Assembly (NCBI GenBank): GCA_046313635.1
Contig: JBKBYA010000009.1
Span: forward strand, 32,001-96,000
Origin: Pyrinomonadaceae bacterium
GTDB taxonomy: Bacteria; Acidobacteriota; Blastocatellia; Pyrinomonadales; Pyrinomonadaceae
DNA length: 64,000 bases
Reading direction: 5' to 3'
Positions 31,385 to 41,052 of this stretch are shown here, piece by piece; positions within the stretch are counted from its first letter, which is position 1; each line of letters opens with the position of its first letter. A program made the position numbers and the translations under genes. The notes below the pieces were generated by a model. The model made no database searches and was not told where the DNA came from. It was given only the letters and a program-made list of their open reading frames with translations.

Positions 31385-31561
31385 ATGGCAATCAGTCCCG
31401 AACTTTTGGAGATTCTTCGGTGCCCGAAGTGCAAATCGAAGGTCGAGCTCAGGCCGGATCAGACCGGCTTGAAGTGCGTTAATCCCGAATGCTCACTTGT
31501 TTATCCGATCCGCGACGAGATACCGGTGATGCTGGTCGAAGAGGCGACGGTCGAGAAATGA
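31385..31561 (+). CDS. Trm112/YcaR family protein
   Basis: LLEILRCPKCK...C...YPIRDEIPVML.EEA. Confidence 0.9.
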   Translation: MAISPELLEILRCPKCKSKVELRPDQTGLKCVNPECSLVYPIRDEIPVMLVEEATVEK

Positions 31562-31629
31562 ACGACTGACAATGGAAAGTGGACAATCATCATTCAAATT
31601 GTCCATTGTCTATTGTTCATTATCCGTTG
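31557..31629. repeat. Inverted heptamer tandem arrays at the Trm112-GT9 junction
   Basis: aatgaac-gactgac-aatggaa-agtggac-aat / attgtcc-attgtct-attgttc-attatcc-gttg. Confidence 0.75.
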
Positions 31630-31631
31630 GA

Positions 31632-32726
31632 ATGTCGATTGACTGGCAAAACGTTCGGCGATTACTGGTCGTGCGGCTTCGCTCGATCGGCGATACGGTG
31701 CTGGCGACGCCCTCGCTGATCGCGCTCCGGCGGTTTTTGCCGGATGCTCAGATTGACATTTTGCTGGAGGACCCCGTGGCGGGCGTTCTCGCCGGCCTCG
31801 ACGACGTTAATGTGATCGGTCTTCCGACGCGCAAATCAGTCCGGGTAGAAGGTGGCGCGTTGTCGCGGAGAGACGTGTTGTTTGCTCGCGCCATAACCGT
31901 GTGGTTTTTGCGCGAGCAGAAATATGACGTTGCGTTCAATCTTCATGGCGGCACGACCGGCACATTTTTCACCTTTGCGAGCGGCGCCCGTCACCGCGTC
32001 GGTTACCGCGAGTATCAATATTCGTTTCTCTATAACCATTTGCTATCCTCGTCGGCCGACTTCTGGCACCGCTCGCCGACGCATTCGGCCGAGCAGCAGC
32101 TCGCTCTGTTGGGGTTTGTCGGCGTGCCGGTCGAGGATCGGCCAAAAAGCCGCCTCGCGGTGGATTCGTTAGCGGCCGAGTGGCTGGAAAAAAAGTTTCG
32201 GGCAAAGACGCAAATCTCGCTCGCCGAGTTTGGAAGGTTCGCGTTGATCCACCCGGCCGCAGCATTCAAGACGAAACGCTGGGCGGCGGAGAACTTCGCC
32301 CGGGTAGCTGAGTTTTTGTCCGAGCGCGGCTGCCGGACCGTGGCGGTCGCCGCGCCGGGCGAACGCGGCGTTCTCGAAGCTCTGCACCGCGGATCGAGAG
32401 CGTCTGTTGTCGCTTTTGACGATTTGTCTCTGCCCGAGATCACGGCCCTCGCATCGAAAGCAAGTCTGTTTGTCGGGAACGACTCGGGCATCGCTCACAT
32501 CGCCGCTGCGGTAAATACACCGACGGTCGTGATCTTCGGCTCGTCAAATGTCGACCACTGGCGGCCGTGGACCGACGCTCCGAATGAGATAGTCCGCAAC
32601 CCGCTCGACTGCCAGCCGTGCGCCGGATACGAGTGCCGAGCGTTCGGCGAGCCGCGCTGCATTCTTGACGTTTCGGTCGCCGCGGTCGAAAGCGCCATCC
32701 GTCGCGTCCTCGAACGATCAAAATAA
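31632..32726 (+). CDS. Glycosyltransferase family 9 (LPS heptosyltransferase-like)
   Basis: LVVRLRSIGDTVL.TP, HPAA..TKRW, GNDSGIAHIAAA. Confidence 0.9.
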   Translation: MSIDWQNVRRLLVVRLRSIGDTVLATPSLIALRRFLPDAQIDILLEDPVAGVLAGLDDVNVIGLPTRKSVRVEGGALSRRDVLFARAITVWFLREQKYDVAFNLHGGTTGTFFTFASGARHRVGYREYQYSFLYNHLLSSSADFWHRSPTHSAEQQLALLGFVGVPVEDRPKSRLAVDSLAAEWLEKKFRAKTQISLAEFGRFALIHPAAAFKTKRWAAENFARVAEFLSERGCRTVAVAAPGERGVLEALHRGSRASVVAFDDLSLPEITALASKASLFVGNDSGIAHIAAAVNTPTVVIFGSSNVDHWRPWTDAPNEIVRNPLDCQPCAGYECRAFGEPRCILDVSVAAVESAIRRVLERSK

Positions 32727-32782
32727 AAGCGGCAGGCCCTCGGGCCCGCCGCCTGCTGCCTGTGTATGACCGCTCGGTCCGC

Positions 32783-33340
32783 CTATTTGTGATTCGAGTT
32801 GGCGTTCGACCGCGAAGCGTTCGAGCTGCCGCCCGTGTTGGTCATCGAGTCATTCGGGGCGACCTTGAGCTCGTTCCTGACGCTCTTGACGCCCTCGATA
32901 GCTTTCGCGACCTGCTCGGCCTTGGTCTTCTGAGCGGCCGATCCCACGGTGCCCTTCAACGTGACGACCGCATCGACCACATCGACGTTGATCGTCGATT
33001 CACGAAGGTCGTCGGCTCCCATCAGAGAAGCACGGGTCTTGACCCAGAGCCACATATCGTTAGCGCCGGAGCCGATCGTGCTGCTGCCCTTCTCCTTTTC
33101 ATAGTCGGCCTTGTTCTTTTCATACTCTTCGCGAGTGATGTTGGGATTCCAGCGGTTGGCGTTGGTGTTCGTATTGCTGTTTACCACCACCGCGCCGGTG
33201 TTGGCGTTGTTTGCGCCAAGATTTGTGACCGCATTCGAGCGGTTTGTGTTGGTCGTATTTGTCGCGGTGTCGCCGCACGCCCAGATGAACAGACTCGCTG
33301 TCGCGACGAGCGCGACCAGTCCAAAAGATCTAAATTTCAT
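32783..33340 (-). CDS. BON domain lipoprotein
   Basis: Lipobox IWAC, Asn/Thr-rich linker, INVDV..VVTLKGTV..A..IEGVKSVRNEL. Confidence 0.88.
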   Translation of the reverse strand: MKFRSFGLVALVATASLFIWACGDTATNTTNTNRSNAVTNLGANNANTGAVVVNSNTNTNANRWNPNITREEYEKNKADYEKEKGSSTIGSGANDMWLWVKTRASLMGADDLRESTINVDVVDAVVTLKGTVGSAAQKTKAEQVAKAIEGVKSVRNELKVAPNDSMTNTGGSSNASRSNANSNHK

Positions 33341-33411
33341 ATTCTTCCTCCAGTCTTCTCAAGTGACCGCCTGTACCGGATGGGTACAGATTTTTTGGCC
33401 TGTGAGAAAAA

Positions 33412-33428
33412 GGCAATCAACATACCAT
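33412..33428 (-). promoter_or_regulatory. Candidate sigma54 (-24/-12) promoter for the BON gene
   Basis: Minus strand TGGTATGTTGATTGC = GG-N10-GC. Confidence 0.55.
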
Positions 33429-33469
33429 TCGGACGCACGCGGCCGCGGCGGCCAAAGGGCGGCCATTCC

Positions 33470-33498
33470 TTGACGAAGGCATTTTGAGCCCGTAGTAT
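33470..33498 (+). promoter_or_regulatory. Candidate sigma70 promoter of the ffh operon
   Basis: TTGACG-17 nt-TAGTAT; a TATAAT also lies at 33500-33505. Confidence 0.5.
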
Positions 33499-33533
33499 TT
33501 ATAATTTCGACTCTAGGGCCGAAGTGTCTCTGT

Positions 33534-35048
33534 ATGTTCGAATCGCTGTCCGACAAGCTCAAAAAGACGCTCAAGAATCTTCGTGGGCAGGGCAAACTGA
33601 CGCCCGAGCACGTCGATGCGGCGCTGCGCGAGATACGGATGGCGCTGCTCGAGGCGGACGTCAACTACAAGGTCGCCAAAGATTTTGTCGAGGCCGTCCG
33701 TCTAAAAGCCGAAGGGCAGGAGGTTTGGCAGGGACTCAATCCGCACGAGCAGGTCGTAAAGATCGTTTACGACGAGCTCGTCGGGCTGATGGGCGGCACT
33801 TCGTCGCGGCTCGTCTTTACCAAGCAGATCCCGAACGTCGTGATGATCGTCGGTCTGCAGGGCTCGGGTAAGACGACCTCGACCGGAAAGATCTCTCGCT
33901 GGCTCCGCGACAACCAAGAGCGAAAGCCTCTGCTCGTCTCGGTCGACGTCTATCGTCCGGCCGCACGCGAGCAGCTTCGCGTCGTGGGCGGAGCGGTAGG
34001 CGTACCGGTCTATCAGGACAAAGAGACCGACGACCCGATGACGCTCGTGCGCGGTGCGATGAAGCACGCGCAGGAGGTCGGCTACGACACGCTTTTGATC
34101 GACACGGCGGGCCGTCTGCACATCGACGACGAGCTGATGGTCGAGCTCGAACAGATCAAGGCCGAGACGCGCCCGATCGAGGTCCTGTTTGTCGCTGACG
34201 CGATGACCGGTCAGGACGCTGTCCGTTCGGCCGAGGTCTTTCACGAGCGGGTCGGCATTACCGGCGTCGTTCTGACAAAGATGGACGGCGACGCCCGCGG
34301 CGGTGCGGCGTTGTCGATCAGGCAGGTGATCGGCCAGCCGGTCAAGTTTGTCGGTGTCGGCGAAAAGTACGACGCGATCGAGCCTTTTTACCCCGACCGC
34401 ATCGCACAGCGCATTCTCGGAATGGGCGACGTGCTGACGCTCATCGAAGAGGTCCAGGGCAAGATCAGCGAAGAGGAAGCGCAGAAGCAGCTCGAAAAGA
34501 TGACGCGTAACCAGTTTACGCTCGAAGATTTTCGAAGCCAGCTTCGGCAGTTCAAGCAGCTCGGCTCGATGTCGAAGCTGATGAAGATGCTGCCCGAGCA
34601 GCTTACCGGCGGCATCCAGCTCGACGAGGAGCAGTCGGCGCAGGTCGACCAGCAGATGCGGCGCACCGAGGCGATCATCGACTCGATGACCAAGGCCGAG
34701 CGTGAGAATCACACGATCATCGACGCGAGCCGCAAGACGCGCATAGCGCGAGGTTCGGGCTCGACCATCGCCGAGGTCAACCAGCTTCTCCGACAGTACG
34801 AGCAGATGCGCAAGATGATGGCGCAGCTCAATCGCGGCGGATTATTCGGCGGCCTTGGCCGCAAGATGATGGGCGGCCTCGCCGGCGGCTTGGGCGGTAT
34901 GCTCGGCGGCGGCGGGATGCCCGGAATGCCGGGAATGGGCGGGCTCGGCGGCCTGCTCGGCGGCGGAATGGACCTCGGCGGCGACGACGATGCCGGCAAC
35001 GGCTCCAAGCGCGTCAAGAAGAAAAAGAGACACAAGAAAAGGAAATAG
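33534..35048 (+). CDS. ffh: Signal recognition particle protein
   Basis: [31 protein letters not shown], Met-rich M domain. Confidence 0.98.
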   Translation: MFESLSDKLKKTLKNLRGQGKLTPEHVDAALREIRMALLEADVNYKVAKDFVEAVRLKAEGQEVWQGLNPHEQVVKIVYDELVGLMGGTSSRLVFTKQIPNVVMIVGLQGSGKTTSTGKISRWLRDNQERKPLLVSVDVYRPAAREQLRVVGGAVGVPVYQDKETDDPMTLVRGAMKHAQEVGYDTLLIDTAGRLHIDDELMVELEQIKAETRPIEVLFVADAMTGQDAVRSAEVFHERVGITGVVLTKMDGDARGGAALSIRQVIGQPVKFVGVGEKYDAIEPFYPDRIAQRILGMGDVLTLIEEVQGKISEEEAQKQLEKMTRNQFTLEDFRSQLRQFKQLGSMSKLMKMLPEQLTGGIQLDEEQSAQVDQQMRRTEAIIDSMTKAERENHTIIDASRKTRIARGSGSTIAEVNQLLRQYEQMRKMMAQLNRGGLFGGLGRKMMGGLAGGLGGMLGGGGMPGMPGMGGLGGLLGGGMDLGGDDDAGNGSKRVKKKKRHKKRK

Positions 35049-35051
35049 ACG

Positions 35052-35115
35052 GTTGTTCGTTGATCGTCGCTCGTTGCGGGCCGACTTTCAACGAACCACC
35101 AGCAACGAACAACGA
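35052..35115. repeat. Inverted heptamer arrays (ffh-rpsP)
   Basis: gttgt-tcgttga-tcgtcgc-tcgttgc / aacgaac-caccagc-aacgaac-aacga. Confidence 0.75.
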
Positions 35116-35125
35116 TCGAATCATT

Positions 35126-35380
35126 ATGTTAGCAATCAGTCTGATGAGGATCGGCGCAAAGGGAAAGCCTTTTTACCGCGTCGTAGTAAAAGAAAAGCGT
35201 TCAAAGCGTGACGGTGCGTATATCGAGAATCTCGGCACGTATAACCCGATGACCGATCCGGCCGAGGTCGTGCTCAAGCACGACCGCATCCAGTACTGGA
35301 TCGGCGTCGGAGCTCAGCCGACCGAGACGGTCGCGAGCCTGATCAAGAACAACCCGGCACCTGTCGCGGAGACGGTCTAG
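35126..35380 (+). CDS. rpsP: 30S ribosomal protein S16
   Basis: [16 protein letters not shown]...[19 protein letters not shown]. Confidence 0.97.
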   Translation: MLAISLMRIGAKGKPFYRVVVKEKRSKRDGAYIENLGTYNPMTDPAEVVLKHDRIQYWIGVGAQPTETVASLIKNNPAPVAETV

Positions 35381-35381
35381 G

Positions 35382-35504
35382 GAGTCTGGCGAGTCTATCG
35401 AGTCGATTCAGTCTATTGAGTCCATCGAGTCGATCCGGTCTTGCGAGATTATGAATATTTCTCATACTCGAAAGACTCGATAGTCTCGATAGACTCTGAA
35501 GACC
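35382..35504. repeat. Inverted nonamer arrays (rpsP-khpA)
   Basis: gagtctggc-gagtctatc-gagtcgatt-cagtctatt-gagtccatc-gagtcgatc / tactcgaaa-gactcgata-gtctcgata-gactctgaa. Confidence 0.8.
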
Positions 35505-35508
35505 AAAA

Positions 35509-35745
35509 ATGAAAGAAGCGATCGAAAAAATCGTCAAGGCGATAGTCGCCGATACCGACTCGGTCGAGGTCGAGCAGCACTCGGAGGGCGGTAAGAACAT
35601 CCGCGTCACGGTGCGGGTCGCGCCCGACGACTACGGGCGTCTGATCGGCCGCGAGGGCCGCACGATCAAGGCGATCCGCAGCCTGATGCATTACGCCGGA
35701 CTGAAGCAGGGCAAGCGCTTTCAGCTGGATCTGCTCGAGGACTGA
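35509..35745 (+). CDS. khpA: KH domain RNA-binding protein
   Basis: D.GRLIGREGRTIKAIR; conserved position between rpsP and rimM. Confidence 0.92.
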   Translation: MKEAIEKIVKAIVADTDSVEVEQHSEGGKNIRVTVRVAPDDYGRLIGREGRTIKAIRSLMHYAGLKQGKRFQLDLLED

Positions 35746-35764
35746 CCGACGAGGCGTCACCGTT

Positions 35765-36310
35765 TTGGCCGAGAACGCGCAAACCGGCAGCCGCAGTGAC
35801 GACGATCTGGTCGCGATCGCAAGGATCGTCAGACCGCGCGGGCTGCGAGGCGAATTGATCGCGGAGGTTCTGACGGATTTTCCCGATCGCTTTGACGGGC
35901 TCGTGAATGTAACGGCGGTCATGCCCGAGGGCGACCGGCGAGATTTGAAAATCGAATCCTTCTGGTTCCAAAAGGACCGCGTCGTGCTCAAGTTCGCCGG
36001 AGTCGTCCGCGTCGAGGACGCAGAACTTCTTCGTGATGCAGAGATCTGCGTGACCGAGGCCGAGGCGGTCGAATTAGGCGATGACGAGTTCTTTGAATGG
36101 CAGATCGAGGGCTGCCGCGTCGAGACGGCCGACGGCAATTCGCTCGGCGAGGTCCGCGAAGTGATGCGGACCGGCGGCACCGAGATCCTGGTCGTCGACG
36201 GCATCGATCGCGAGTATCTGATCCCTTTCGCCGGGAGCATCTGTACCGACGTCGACGTCGACGCGAAGGTGATAAAGATCGATCCGCCGGAAGGACTGCT
36301 CGAATTTTAG
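35765..36310 (+). CDS. rimM: Ribosome maturation factor RimM
   Basis: [22 protein letters not shown]; synteny; TTG start. Confidence 0.93.
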   Translation: MAENAQTGSRSDDDLVAIARIVRPRGLRGELIAEVLTDFPDRFDGLVNVTAVMPEGDRRDLKIESFWFQKDRVVLKFAGVVRVEDAELLRDAEICVTEAEAVELGDDEFFEWQIEGCRVETADGNSLGEVREVMRTGGTEILVVDGIDREYLIPFAGSICTDVDVDAKVIKIDPPEGLLEF

Positions 36311-36392
36311 ATCTTGGATTTGCGATTTTGGATCGAGGGAGCCGAGACGTGGGCGTCGCCTTCGATCCAAAATCCAAAATCAAAGATCCAAA
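36306..36392. repeat. Inverted heptamer arrays (rimM-trmD)
   Basis: tttagat-cttggat-ttgcgat-tttggat / atccaaa-atccaaa-atcaaag-atccaaa directly before ATG. Confidence 0.85.
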
Positions 36393-37112
36393 ATGAAGAT
36401 AGACGTCTTAACAATTTTTCCCGAGTTTTTCGGGCAGGTCTTTGATTTTGGAATAATCCGCCGTGCGCGTCTTGCAGAGATCGTCGAGATCGGCGTCCAC
36501 GACATCCGCGAGTTTGCGACGGACAAGCACCGGATGGTCGACGACAGGCCTTTCGGCGGCGGCGACGGGATGGTCTTGAAGCCCGAGCCGATCTTTGCCG
36601 CGATCGAGCATCTGCTCGGCACGAGCGATCGTGCCGAGTATCCTGCGGGAACCCGAGTCGTGCTGCTGACGCCGCAGGGGCCGCCATTCAGGCAGCCGGT
36701 CGCGACGGAGCTTGCCGATCAGGCGTCGCACATCGTTCTGATCTGCGGCCGCTACGAGGGCGTCGACGAGCGTGTCAACGAGGCGCTCGTGACCGACGAG
36801 ATCTCGATCGGCGATTACGTTTTATCCGGCGGCGAACCGGCGGCGATCGTGCTGGTCGATGCGATCGTGAGACTGCTGCCCGAGGCCCTCGGCAGCGAGA
36901 CGTCCGCCGTCAACGACTCGTTCTCGAGCGGGCTGCTCGACTGCCCGCATTACACGAGACCGGCGGAATTCCGGGGAATGAAAGTCCCCGACGTACTCTT
37001 GAACGGCCATCACGCCGAGATAGAAAAATGGCGCCGCCAAAAGGCGCTCGAGAAGACAAGGAAATTTAGACCCGACCTTTTAGAAGGAGAAAATGGTGAA
37101 CGTAGGGGGTGA
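36393..37112 (+). CDS. trmD: tRNA (guanine37-N1)-methyltransferase
   Basis: [41 protein letters not shown]. Confidence 0.98.
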   Translation: MKIDVLTIFPEFFGQVFDFGIIRRARLAEIVEIGVHDIREFATDKHRMVDDRPFGGGDGMVLKPEPIFAAIEHLLGTSDRAEYPAGTRVVLLTPQGPPFRQPVATELADQASHIVLICGRYEGVDERVNEALVTDEISIGDYVLSGGEPAAIVLVDAIVRLLPEALGSETSAVNDSFSSGLLDCPHYTRPAEFRGMKVPDVLLNGHHAEIEKWRRQKALEKTRKFRPDLLEGENGERRG

Positions 37113-37200
37113 GTTGGGAGTACCAGAGTTACAGAGTTACAGAGTTCCGGAATATAGCCGCCAACTTCGCAACTCTGCAACTCTGGTACTCCGCAACTCA
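37110..37200. repeat. Inverted octamer arrays (trmD-rplS)
   Basis: tgagttgggagtaccagagttacagagttacagagtt pairs with caacttcg-caactctg-caactctg-gtactccg-caactca. Confidence 0.85.
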
Positions 37201-37226
37201 TCGCCGACCTCTGGCCGACACATACT

Positions 37227-37598
37227 ATGAATCGATTGGATCTTGTTGAGAAGACACAGCTGCGGGAGAACATCCCCGCGTTCCAGCCCGGCGACACGCT
37301 CCGCGTGCACGTCCGCATCAAGGAAGGCAACAAAGAGCGCCTGCAGGCTTTCGAGGGCGTCTGCATCGCACGCAAGCACGGCGGCGTGCGCGAGACCGTC
37401 ACGGTCCGCAAGGTGAGCTTCGGCGTCGGTGTCGAGCGCATCTTCCCGCTGCACGGAACGGTGATCGACCATATCGACGTCGTCCGCCGCGGCAAAGTGC
37501 GCAGGGCCAAGCTTTACTACCTGCGCAACCTTCGCGGCAAGGCTGCCCGCATCAAGGAGCGCGATACGCGCGGCAAGGCCAAGCAGCAGGGCCAGTAG
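37227..37598 (+). CDS. rplS: 50S ribosomal protein L19
   Basis: [34 protein letters not shown]. Confidence 0.98.
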   Translation: MNRLDLVEKTQLRENIPAFQPGDTLRVHVRIKEGNKERLQAFEGVCIARKHGGVRETVTVRKVSFGVGVERIFPLHGTVIDHIDVVRRGKVRRAKLYYLRNLRGKAARIKERDTRGKAKQQGQ

Positions 37599-37601
37599 TC
37601 C

Positions 37602-37693
37602 GACAGATAAAGAGACGCGCAGAATGAGAGACGCGGAGAGAGAGCGAGACCACACGAGCGCACCTCTCCGCGTCTCTGCGTCTGCGGGTCTCG
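37602..37693. repeat. Inverted octamer arrays (rplS-rnhB)
   Basis: aagagacg-cgcagaat-gagagacg-cggagaga / tctccgcg-tctctgcg-tctgcggg-tctcg. Confidence 0.7.
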
Positions 37694-38346
37694 ACGCCGC
37701 TTTGTTCCCGGATCTCAAAGTCTCGGGCATCGGCCTCGTCTTTGAAGAGCAGGCCCGAGCGCTCGGCTACCAAAACATCGCGGGCGTCGACGAGGTCGGC
37801 CGCGGATGTCTCGCCGGACCCGTCGTCGCCGCGGCGTGCATCCTCGACTGCTCGAAGCCTTTTCATAAAAAGCTCGACGATTCAAAAAAGCTCACCGCCG
37901 CACTCCGCGAGGAGATCGCCGAGCAGCTCAAGACCGAAGCGATCTGCTACGGCATCGGCCAGGTCGCGGCCGACGAGATCGACCGGATCAACATCCTCGA
38001 GGCGACCAAAAAAGCGATGAAGGCGGCGATCGCCGACCTGGAGCCAAAGGCTAACTTTCTCCTCATCGACGCCGTCCAGCTCCGCGACGTCGCGACGCCG
38101 CAGCGATCGATCATCAAGGGCGATTCGATCTCGGCCTCTATCGCCGCCGCATCCATTCTCGCCAAGACCTACCGCGACCGGCTGATGGCCGACTACGATG
38201 CCGAATTCCCCGGTTATGGCTTCGCCTCTCACGCCGGCTACGGCACCGCTGCTCATCTCGAAGCCCTCAAAAAACACGGCCCTTGCCGCCTCCACCGCCT
38301 TTCTTTCCGCGGCGTCCTCCCATCGACTTCCGATCCGGCCGAGTAG
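37624..38346 (+). CDS. rnhB: Ribonuclease HII (start uncertain: ATG 37624 or TTG 37702)
   Basis: AGVDEVGRG.LAGPV, DSKKL, KGD, SIAAASILAK, GYGT..H. Confidence 0.96.
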   Translation: MRDAERERDHTSAPLRVSASAGLDAALFPDLKVSGIGLVFEEQARALGYQNIAGVDEVGRGCLAGPVVAAACILDCSKPFHKKLDDSKKLTAALREEIAEQLKTEAICYGIGQVAADEIDRINILEATKKAMKAAIADLEPKANFLLIDAVQLRDVATPQRSIIKGDSISASIAAASILAKTYRDRLMADYDAEFPGYGFASHAGYGTAAHLEALKKHGPCRLHRLSFRGVLPSTSDPAE

Positions 38347-38704
38347 GATCCCGAGCGACAAAGCTCGATCACGCCGCCAACAGGATTTACGCCTCTAAAC
38401 AACGCGGATCCTCACAGGTCGATCTGATCGGAGCGGGAAAGGGGCCCCTAGCGCGCCCGGCGGCCGCAAGTTGCGATTCCTCTCTCCGCTTGACACGCTT
38501 AAACGGTCCGCGGTAGTTTTGCCAATGTCGAAATTCAGATACGAATTGACGCAATTATCGATATTCACGGGTTTATCTCCCACGGAACCAGGATGTTCGG
38601 CCTAACGCCCCGACTGACTTTCCACTTCCGTCCAAACGATAAACCAAACACTATTCATTGGGTGTAAGCGCGATCGGCTGCAGAAGTATCTTTACGATTA
38701 CGGC

Positions 38705-40309
38705 GTGGTGAACGCGGACACGGGCGGCGTGGACCAATCGAAGAACAACGGCCAGCTCGGCCAGATCAGAAGCTGGATCGGGACGACGCAGCAGTGGTCG
38801 CAGCGGTTCAGTTACGATTCGATCGGCCGCTTGTCTGAATCGAGAGAATACAAAGGCTCCGACAGCGCGCACCTGACTTACAAGCAGCGATTCGACTTTG
38901 ACCGCTTCGGGAATCTTTACCGCAAGGCAGACAACAACCAGACAACAGGTCAAGAGAATCCGCTGCCTTACACTGCGATAGAAGACGCGGACATCAGCAA
39001 ACAGACAAACCGGTTCACTGCTCAAACGACCTACGACGACGCGGGGAATGTGATCCAGGACTCAAAGTTCCGCGGTGTGAATCTCAGCTACGACGCTAAT
39101 GGTCGAGTCTCTCGCTCGACCAGTGCCGACAACACGCGGCAGGCCGACTCGGTCTACGACGCTTCGGGGCAGCGAGTCGCGACCGAGGTCGATGGCGTGT
39201 GGACCTTCTTTGTCTACAACGCTAGAGGTCAATGTATCGCTGAGTACGGCGGCGTGCAGTCGAGCGACGAAGGCGGCGTGAAGTACGTACTCAAAGACTG
39301 GCAGGGCTCGACCAGAGCACAGGTGAGCGGGTCAGGTTATGTGCAGGCGAGGGCCGACTACACCGCTTTCGGCGAAGAGATCAATTCGGGCACCGGCCTT
39401 CGGACTTCGCAACTCGGGTACTTTGCAACTTCCGTAAACTCCCCGAGCTACGCGATGACCGAACGCGACAAGGCCACCGGCCTCGACCACACGTGGTTCA
39501 GAAAATTAGAGAACAACGCCGGCCGGTGGACCAGCCCCGATCCTTACAACGGCAGCGCATCGATCGGCGATCCGCAAAGGTTTAACCGATACGCCTACGT
39601 CCAGAATCAACCGACCAACTTCGTCGACCCGAGCGGGCTCAACTCTTCGCCGAATTTGACATACGTTTTCTGTGAACCGGATCGCTGGGACCCAGAGACA
39701 GGGACGCTTTACGCGGGCAAATGCTACCAATACGTCAGCGGCGGCGGGATGCCGGTAATCGGCACAACCGTCGGCGGTTGGTACCCCGGAGATATCGGAA
39801 TGCCCGGCCCCGGCAGCAGCGCAAGCCCGGTCGGGAACGATTGCCAACGATTTACGGATCGGGTCAAAGAGATAGCTGCGAAACACAGGGACGTTCGTAG
39901 CTTTGCCGACGAACTTGCAAGCGTATTCACAGGTGTTGGAACAAGTGACGTAGTTGATCTCGCGAGGACCGCGAATACCCCCGGACGGTCAATAGAGATT
40001 TTCACTTCAACTGGCTGGAAGCCAAATCTCTATACTCAAGTATCTGATAATCAGGCCAGGCACTTCGTCGGCGGACTTCTTGCAGGCTTCAATCTCGGAG
40101 CGGAAGCTGGAAATCTGGTCATGAGTCACAATGAGGACGATCAAGCTGACTTACGGGTTAACGCGATTAGCATTTCGATGGGAGCGACGATGGCCAGCAA
40201 CGATTCCGACCCAATCTATAACGGAAAGACCGGCATGGTAACTACTCCTGCTAGATTTACGTTTAAGGGTTTAGCAGAAAAGATCCGGTCGGCTATTTGT
40301 CAGAATTAG
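38705..40309 (+). CDS. N-terminally truncated Rhs/YD-repeat protein with C-terminal toxin-like tip
   Basis: YD repeats (YDSIGRL, FDRFGN, YDDAGNV, YDANGR, YDASGQR), GRWTSPDP, RYAYV.NQPTNFVDPSG, then about 220 aa of lower-GC tip. Confidence 0.85.
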   Translation: MVNADTGGVDQSKNNGQLGQIRSWIGTTQQWSQRFSYDSIGRLSESREYKGSDSAHLTYKQRFDFDRFGNLYRKADNNQTTGQENPLPYTAIEDADISKQTNRFTAQTTYDDAGNVIQDSKFRGVNLSYDANGRVSRSTSADNTRQADSVYDASGQRVATEVDGVWTFFVYNARGQCIAEYGGVQSSDEGGVKYVLKDWQGSTRAQVSGSGYVQARADYTAFGEEINSGTGLRTSQLGYFATSVNSPSYAMTERDKATGLDHTWFRKLENNAGRWTSPDPYNGSASIGDPQRFNRYAYVQNQPTNFVDPSGLNSSPNLTYVFCEPDRWDPETGTLYAGKCYQYVSGGGMPVIGTTVGGWYPGDIGMPGPGSSASPVGNDCQRFTDRVKEIAAKHRDVRSFADELASVFTGVGTSDVVDLARTANTPGRSIEIFTSTGWKPNLYTQVSDNQARHFVGGLLAGFNLGAEAGNLVMSHNEDDQADLRVNAISISMGATMASNDSDPIYNGKTGMVTTPARFTFKGLAEKIRSAICQN

Positions 40310-40364
40310 GTAGTAAGAACATCGTATCCGCGGTACTGATGGCAGTGTGCGTGGAAATCGAGTT

Positions 40365-40904
40365 ATGAAAATAAGTGTTAAGGTTGCGAGCCTACTAATT
40401 GTCGTTTGTATTGCGTCCCTGGTTCCATCTGCCTGCGTTTCATTATCCCCCAAGCAAGGCTCAGAAATCCTTGAGCAATGGGAAAGTGACAACGGATTTT
40501 TCCGAATCGTTGTAACTTCATACGCCGAAGTAAATAGTTTTGTCCCTGGGGCATATTACGAGTTTGTGTCTATCGGTCCGACAGGGGAGAGAGTGCGAAT
40601 AATGAATTTTCGGCACGACGATCCCGTTCCAATAAATAAGAATGCTGTGCGATTTGTCACTAATGACGTGGCATACGTCTATGTAGGCTGGAAGTACGCC
40701 GTGACGACCGACGGCGGTGAGCATTGGGCAGTTTGGGATGCGGAGCAGAACTGGCCTGGTTGGCAATGTTGTAAGTATTCATTCATAAGGCACGTCGAAC
40801 TCGCTGCTGACGGGTCCGGAAAAATGCAGGTCGACGACTCGCAGAACGAGACTTCCCTAGTTGAGTTGACCACTTCAAATTACGGAGAATCGTGGTCGTA
40901 TTGA
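40365..40904 (+). CDS. Putative immunity lipoprotein with Asp-box motifs
   Basis: Directly follows the Rhs tip, lower GC, signal peptide ending PSAC, TTDGGEHW and TSNYGESW motifs. Confidence 0.65.
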   Translation: MKISVKVASLLIVVCIASLVPSACVSLSPKQGSEILEQWESDNGFFRIVVTSYAEVNSFVPGAYYEFVSIGPTGERVRIMNFRHDDPVPINKNAVRFVTNDVAYVYVGWKYAVTTDGGEHWAVWDAEQNWPGWQCCKYSFIRHVELAADGSGKMQVDDSQNETSLVELTTSNYGESWSY

Positions 40905-41052
40905 CATAGTTTATTGAGCTTTAATTTTTCACAACAAGCAGAGCCTTGAAACGTTCAAGTAGATATAGACAAAAAAGTCTGTTTCTTCTCCTTTCGTTTA
41001 TATCTAGCAGCCGTTGCGGTGGGAATGTTCGCAAGGGGCTTTGGCCTTTTCC

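Noticed and set aside
34830..35048. Gly/Met low-complexity tail of Ffh as an inserted repeat
   Set aside because: GGM-rich C-termini are common in Ffh M-domains; no DNA palindrome or element ends
38347..38704. tRNA/att site or integrase at the left edge of the Rhs island
   Set aside because: No tRNA structure, integrase or flanking direct repeat found; only a TTGACA-containing promoter-like site near 38490
40945..41006. Small structured RNA downstream of the immunity gene (cttgaa/ttcaag and tagatata/tatatcta stems)
   Set aside because: AT-rich stems could be chance or a weak terminator; no family resemblance I can support
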